Assembly (NCBI RefSeq): GCF_008831285.2
Contig: NC_045138.2
Coordinates: forward strand, 8,928,001 to 8,992,000
Length of the DNA: 64,000 nt
From: Nymphaea colorata
Lineage: Eukaryota
Direction of reading: 5' to 3'
Shown one piece after another: positions 51,001 through 58,272 of this stretch. Under the pieces are notes generated by a model that saw nothing but the letters and a program-made list of their open reading frames with translations, searched no databases and was not told the origin of the DNA. A program made the position numbers and the translations under genes. How positions within the stretch are numbered: the first letter of the stretch is position 1; the number at the start of each line of letters is the position of its first letter.

Positions 51001-54000
51001 GATGAACCCAAGAAACTAGAAGATTATACTTTTCTTTGGACTAATGATATTGATGATGATATTGATGATGATGAACCCGATAAAGTTGTAGAAGTGCCAA
51101 TTGAAGAGGTCAACAATGATAATTCTACTAATATCATTCCTCCAAAAGAGATCTTAGTTTATAGAAGAAGAGATCCCCAAAATCAAGAAACTAATCAATC
51201 TCTTCCTAGGAGATCCCAAAGGCACACTAGACCTCCTCAAAGATTTATCTCTTATGAGTCTTTTTCCCCAAAATTTCGAGCTTGTATTATGGCTCGTCAC
51301 TCTTTTTATGAGTCATCTTCTTACCTTGAAGCTAAGGAAGATCCCAATTGGATTGAAGCCATGGATCTTGAACTTAAAGCTCTTGAAAGCAATGAGACTT
51401 GGGATATTGTGTCTCTACCAATGGGGAAAAAGACTATTGGTTGTAGATGGATCTATAAAATCAAAACTAAAAGTGATGGAACTTTAGAAAGATATAAGGC
51501 CAGACTTGTTGCCAAGGGATATGCTCAAGAATATGGGATTGATTATGAAGAAACCTTTGCTCCTGTTGCTCGCATGACTTCTGTTAAAACTCTTATTGCC
51601 ATTGCTTCTGTTAAACATTGGACTATTTTTCAAATGGATGTTAAAAATGTTTTCCTAAATGGTCACCTACAGGAAGAAGTTTTCATGAGTGCTTCTCCTG
51701 GTTTTGATCTACCTCAAAACAAAGTTTTACCACTTAAGAAAGCCCTTTATGGTTTGAAACAAGCTCCCAAGGCCTGGTTTGACAAGTTTAGTAGTGTCAT
51801 GTTTAATCAAGGTTTTCAATCTTGCTACTCTGATACTGCCATGTTTGTAAAAACCACCTCCGTAGGTGTAATTGTTTTATTATTGTATGTTGATGATATG
51901 ATTATTACTGGGAGTGATGATGAAGGGATTAGAGAGGTAAAACATTTTCTTAATGTAGAAATACGAACAAGACGAAGAAGAAGAGAAACAATGATCACAA
52001 TGTAACGTGGAAAACCCTCAACACGAGGGAGAAAAAACCACGAATGAGGAGGAGTTGGTGCCCACTAGCAGCCAGACTCTCTCTCTCTAAAGATTATCAT
52101 TAACACATAAGGATTAGGGTTACATGACTTAAGTAGAGCCCAAAACGGGCTACAAGGCGGGTCGGGTATGGATCCGGACCCGAAACCCACAATCTATCAA
52201 CACTCCCCCTCAAGTTGGGCGTACATATCAAACATGCCCAACTTGGATACATTCCTCTCAAATGAAGCTGAAGGAAGAGCTTTCGTCAGAACATCAGCAG
52301 TTTGGTCTTCAGACTTCATGTAAGGTAAGATCAACTCTTTCGCATCAATCCTTTCCCGAATGAAGTGACGATCAATTTCAACATGTTTTGTTCTGTCGTG
52401 AAGTACAGGATTGTTGGCTAAGTTGATTGCAGACTTGTTATCACAATACATCTTCATAGGTCCTTCAATCTCTATTCCAATGTCAGTCAACAATATCTTC
52501 AACCATAATAACTCTGACACTCCCATAGCAACTGCCCTATATTCTGCCTCTGCACTGGATCTAGAGCAAACATCCTGTCTCTTGCTCCTCCATACAACAA
52601 GGTTTCCTCCCAAGTAGACACAGTACCCTGTAGTGGATCGTCTGGTATCACCACAACCTGCCCAATCCGCATCAGAATAGCCCTCGATTTCCACAGTCTC
52701 TTGTTTCACATACAGGAGTCCCTTACCAGGATTTTTCTTCAGGTAGCATAGCACTCTGTCCACAGCCTTCAGATGTGCATCGGTTGGCGCATGCATGAAT
52801 TGGCTCAAAACATTCACCACAAAGGTGATATCAGGTCTCGTGAGGGTAAGATAAATTAGCTTCCCAACCAAACGTTGATATCTTCCCTTGTCTTCTTCAC
52901 AGAGAGGCTCTCCATCTCTGAGACTCAACTTGTGCCCAGTGTCAAAAGGGGTAGGAGTAGGTCTACATCCCAATTTACCAGTTTCTTCCAGCAGGTCTAA
53001 TGTATATTTCCTTTGGTTTAGTACAAGACCAGTACTAGACCTAGCAACCTCCATACCAAGAAAATACCTTAGTTTTCCAAGATCTTTGAGGTCGAATTCT
53101 GTAGCCAGTAACCCTTTTAGCTTGATAATCTCTTCCTCATCATCTCCAGTAACAATCATGTCATCTACGTAGACGAGCAGGAGAGTAACCTTGCTCTCCT
53201 TCTTCTTCACAAACAGAGTGTGATCTCCATTTCCTTGTTTGTATCCATGACGTATCATCACTCTTCTCAGTCGTTCAAACCACGCTCTGGGCGATTGCTT
53301 AAGGCCATACAATGCCTTTTTCAGCTTACAACACATTTCTGGTTCTTCATATCCTGGAGGCATATGCATATATACTTCTTCTTCGAGGTCACCATTGAGG
53401 AATGCATTCTTAACATCCAGTTGATACATCTTCCACTCCTTCATCACAGCTAGGGATATAACCACCCTCACAGTCTTCATTTTCGCAACAGGAGCAAAGG
53501 TTTCCAAGTAATCAATTCCATATTTCTGGCTAAATCCCTTGGCCACAAGTCGAGCTTTATATCTTTCAACACTCCCATCTGGTTTGTACTTGATGGTATA
53601 CACCCATTTGGATCCAACTAGGTGAGCGGCTTCAGGAATCTTCACCACTTCCCATGTCAAGTTTCTTCTTAGGGCATCTATTTCTTCTTTCATTGCATCG
53701 GCCCACTTGGAGTCACTTTGAGCTTCAGCGACAGTCCTGGGAATCACAGCCAAAGAAAGAGTAGAAACAAAACACTTGTAATCTTTCCCAAGTCTGGAAT
53801 AAGAAACAAAATTACCAATAGGGTGTTGAGTACATGACCTGACACCCTTTCTCAGGGCAATGGGAAGATCGTCATTCTTCTTTTCAACCTCATCATGGGT
53901 CTCCACGGTCTCCTCGGTAGGACTTGGTTCATCCAGGGAAGGAGTGGCATTGGGATTGGAAGTAGATCTAGCATCACAAGTCATCACCTCTGTCCGAGTA

Positions 54001-57000
54001 CCTCGTCTAGAGTAGAACTGTCCAAACAACTGAGGGCCTTCCTTCTCAATGCTATTGTCACCCCTTTCCTCATTCTCAGGCACATCAACAGTATTAAGTG
54101 ATTCTGTTTTCTTGTAGTCCAAAAAATCTATAAACTGAAGTTCCTGTCTCTGAGAATACTCTTCCCTGCCCACAGACTGCTCCCCCTGAAGAGGATTCAC
54201 ACCAAAGTAAGAGGCATGTTCCAAGAAGGTAACATCCCTCGTAACATAAGCTCGACCAGTAATAGGATCAATACATTTGTATCCTTTTTGCGTAGGGGAG
54301 TATCCAACAAAGACACCTTTGATAGACCTAGGATCAAGTTTCTTGACATTTGGACTGTGATCATGGATAAAACATACACAACCAAAAACACGAGGAGGAA
54401 GAGGAAATGGTGGACGACTGCCAGGAAGCAACGAGTGGGGAGTCCTACCATTCAAAACACGACTGGGCATGCGGTTAATAAGATAGGCACTAGTAAGAAC
54501 TGCATCACCCCAATAGTGTTTAGGAAGATTTCTCTGAAACAAAAGAGCCCTGGTGACATTAAGAAGTTGACGATTTTTCCTTTCAGCTACCCCATTTTGA
54601 GGGGGGGTGTAACTACAGGATGTCTCGTGAACAATCCCCCGTTGTCTAAGAAACTCCTCAACAGGCCGACACATGTACTCACGGGCATTATCGGACCTGA
54701 AAGTTTTAACATTCGCACCATACTGGGTATGCACAAGAAGAATAAATGTCTCGATGATTCGAGGAACCTCGCTGCGGTCTTTTAACAAGTATATAAATGT
54801 AGCACGAGAGAAATCATCAATGAAAGTGATAAAATACTGGAAACCTTGACGGGTATGAATGCCCGAAGGTCCCCATACATCAGAGTGAATCAGAGAAAAA
54901 GCTTCATTAGCACAACTAGAAGAAAGAGGGTACGAAGCCCTCACATGTTTGGCAAACTGACAAACATCACAAGAAATGGAAGACACATCAAAGGAGGAAC
55001 ACAAGTCTGGAAACAAATGTTTCAAAATCCCAAAAGGTAAATGCCCAAAACGTTCATGCCAGTACATAAAAGACTGAAGACAATCTTCTCTTCTCTTATC
55101 TGTCTTGCGGATCGCTGTCAACAGAGCAGTAGCCACACGTATGGGAAGACGATATAATCCATCAGAAGCTAAACCAATCCCAATCCTCTTCCCTGTCACC
55201 AAGTCCTGCAAAACACAACGATCGGCAGAGAATATAAGTTCACAATTCAATTCTTTAGTAAGTCTACTGACTGATAAGAGATTTAAAGGAAACTGGGGAA
55301 CATGTAAAGCGCCCTGCACATGAAATTTGTCCAACAAGGACAGAGTGCCTTCGCCTGCCACACAGGTAGAGGAACCATCTGCAAGAGAAACACGTTCCCT
55401 TCCCGAGGACAACTTATACTCATGAAACAATTTTGGGTTACCTGTCATGTGATGAGTAGCACCACTATCGACAATCCATTCCCCCACAGAAGAGTTACCT
55501 TGATTGCCAATAGCTGCAAGAGCATGATTAGCTGTAGTTCCCTCTGAGGTCTCAGTCTTGTTGACATCGAGCCTGCCCAAATAAGCCCTTAGTTCACGAA
55601 GCTGGTCAGCAGAAATGGAGACTTTTTCTCCACTAGAGGCTTGCACCTCAGACACGGGCGTTCTCCCAGTCAAAGATCTCCCTCTGTTCCCCTTCTTTTC
55701 TGGATGAAGATCCCAGCAATAATCCACAGTGTGACCTGTCTTCTTGCAGTGAGTGCACCGGCGAAGAGACCTAGATGGGCCGCCAGGACCACGACTCACG
55801 AGAGCAGATCTCTCGTTATAGGGCACAAGTTCCCTCTTCCCTTCTTTTGTAACAAGCCTTCGCTGTTCTTCCGCTTCAACACAGGAGTACACATCTTCAA
55901 TACTGGACACCTCCCCTGAATTCAAAATCTGACTTCGAACACCTTCAAACTCATCATTTAAACCTGCTAAAAATAGGAACACCCTGTTTTCCCATTCATG
56001 AGCAACATAGAGCGCCTGATCATGGGGACAATGCCAAGGAATATCAGAATGATAGTCAAGCTCTTCCCACTTGGCTTTCAAAGCCCCATAGTACTCTGCA
56101 ACAGACGAGGTCCCTTGTCGAATGCCATAGACTGTCTTCATTACTTGGTAAGTACGAATTGCGGTCTTCTTTTGGCCATACATTTGCTCGAGGACCACCC
56201 ACATGTCTCTAGCAGTCTTCTTCCGAAGGATAAGGGGCTGAATATCGGCGGAAACGGAATTGACAATCCAAGTTTTCACTTGATTATCCTCAAGAAACCA
56301 AGTATGCCACACATCACTTGTTCTTGCTGGTTCGGGGTTGCTCCCATCAATATAGGCCATGCGACCACGGCCAGCAATCCCCATGGTCATAGCAGGCGAC
56401 CACGAGAAATAATTATCCTTGGTGAGGCGAAGAGTGATGACCTGCATGGGAACATTCTCCGTTCTAAAAGCCCCTATTTCAGTGGGATTGGTGTTGACGG
56501 TTGACGAGGAAGAGGCTGCCATAATCACAGACCAGTAGGCAGCAAGGGCAGCAAGAAGCAATCACACGATACAACACCAAAAAACGGACAGAGAGCAGGA
56601 AACAGAACCAGGCAAAGCGGCGCGGCGCTGGGCGGGAACAGACCAGGCAGTCGGCGCGGCGCTGGGCGGAAACAGACCAGGCAGAGCGGCACGGCGCCGG
56701 AAAAGGACACGGCGTTGGGCGGAAAAAGACCGCCGCTGGACAGGTCGTCGTTTGGGCAGGCCGACGCTGGGCGGAAGCAGCAGAACGGGAACGCCGCTGG
56801 GCAGGCCGACGCTGGGCGGAAGCGGCTGCGTTAACCAGGGCGTCGCTGGGCCGGTTGTCGCTAGGCGGAGACGGCGGAATCCTGATCGGCGTTGATCAGG
56901 GCGGCGCTGGGCGGAGACGGCGGCGGGGTGACAGACGACGCTCGGGCACGAGCGTCGGGCACGGGCGAGACGATGAACAGTGTCGGGCGATTCTCCTCTA

Positions 57001-58237
57001 ACACGGGCAAAAGACAACCAAAAACGCCGGAACTTCACGGCTCTGATACCATGTAGAAATACGAACAAGACGAAGAAGAAGAGAAACAATGATCACAATG
57101 TAACGTGGAAAACCCTCAACACGAGGGAGAAAAAACCACGAATGAGGAGGAGTTGGTGCCCACTAGCAGCCAGACTCTCTCTCTCTAAAGATTATCATTA
57201 ACACATAAGGATTAGGGTTACATGACTTAAGTAGAGCCCAAAACGGGCTACAAGGCGGGTCGGGTATGGATCCGGACCCGAAACCCACAATCTATCAACA
57301 CTTAACAAATGCTTTCAAATGACTGATTTGGGAAGACTAACTTATTTCTTGGAATTGAAGTTGCTTATAGCAAACAGGGTTACCTTCTTTCTCAAATGAA
57401 GTTTGCCAGTGAATTAGTTGACAGAACAGGTATCTCAGATGACAAAGTTGTGGATACTCCAGAAGCACTCGGAGTAAAAATGAAAATTGATGATGGAGAG
57501 ATATTGGAGAATCCCACTCCTTTTTGGCAAATAGTTGGCGTTCTCTCTTATCTCTCCATCACCAGACCTGACATTTCTCATGCCGTACATGTGATAAGCC
57601 AATTTCAACAAAGACCCACCTCAGAGCACATGGGAGCGGCAATGCGGATTGTCCGTTATGTGAAAAACACTATCAACAAAGGACTATTTCTGTCTTCCTC
57701 TTCTACATTAGAGTTAGTTGCTTATACAGATGCTGATTGGGGTGGAGATCCCAATAATAGGCACTCCACCACTGGTTTTTGTGTGTTTTTAGGTGATTCT
57801 TTAATTTCCTGACGATGCAAGAAACAACATAAGGTGTCACTATCATCAACAGAAGCTGAGTATCGTGCGATGACAACTACAACAATGGAGATAGTGTGGC
57901 TAAAGAGCTTGCTGAAAGATATGAGAATTCATATCAAGGATCCGGTCAAGCTTTGTTGTGACAACAAAAGTGCAATTTATATTGCTAGCAATCACACATT
58001 TCACGAAAGAACGAAGCATATAGAGATGGACTGTCATTATGTTCGTGAAGAATTCCTTCAAAAGAACATTGATCTCTCCTATGTCTCTTCTGAATATCAA
58101 CTAGGCGACTTCTTCACAAAGGCTCTTGCCGCTGCCAGATTTAATTTTCTCCTTAGCAAACTTTCGGTTATCACACCATAAGTTTGAGGGGGGGTGTTAG
58201 AATATTAGATTGTATGCATTCTAAATGTATCTATATC

Positions 58238-58272
<35 letters not shown>

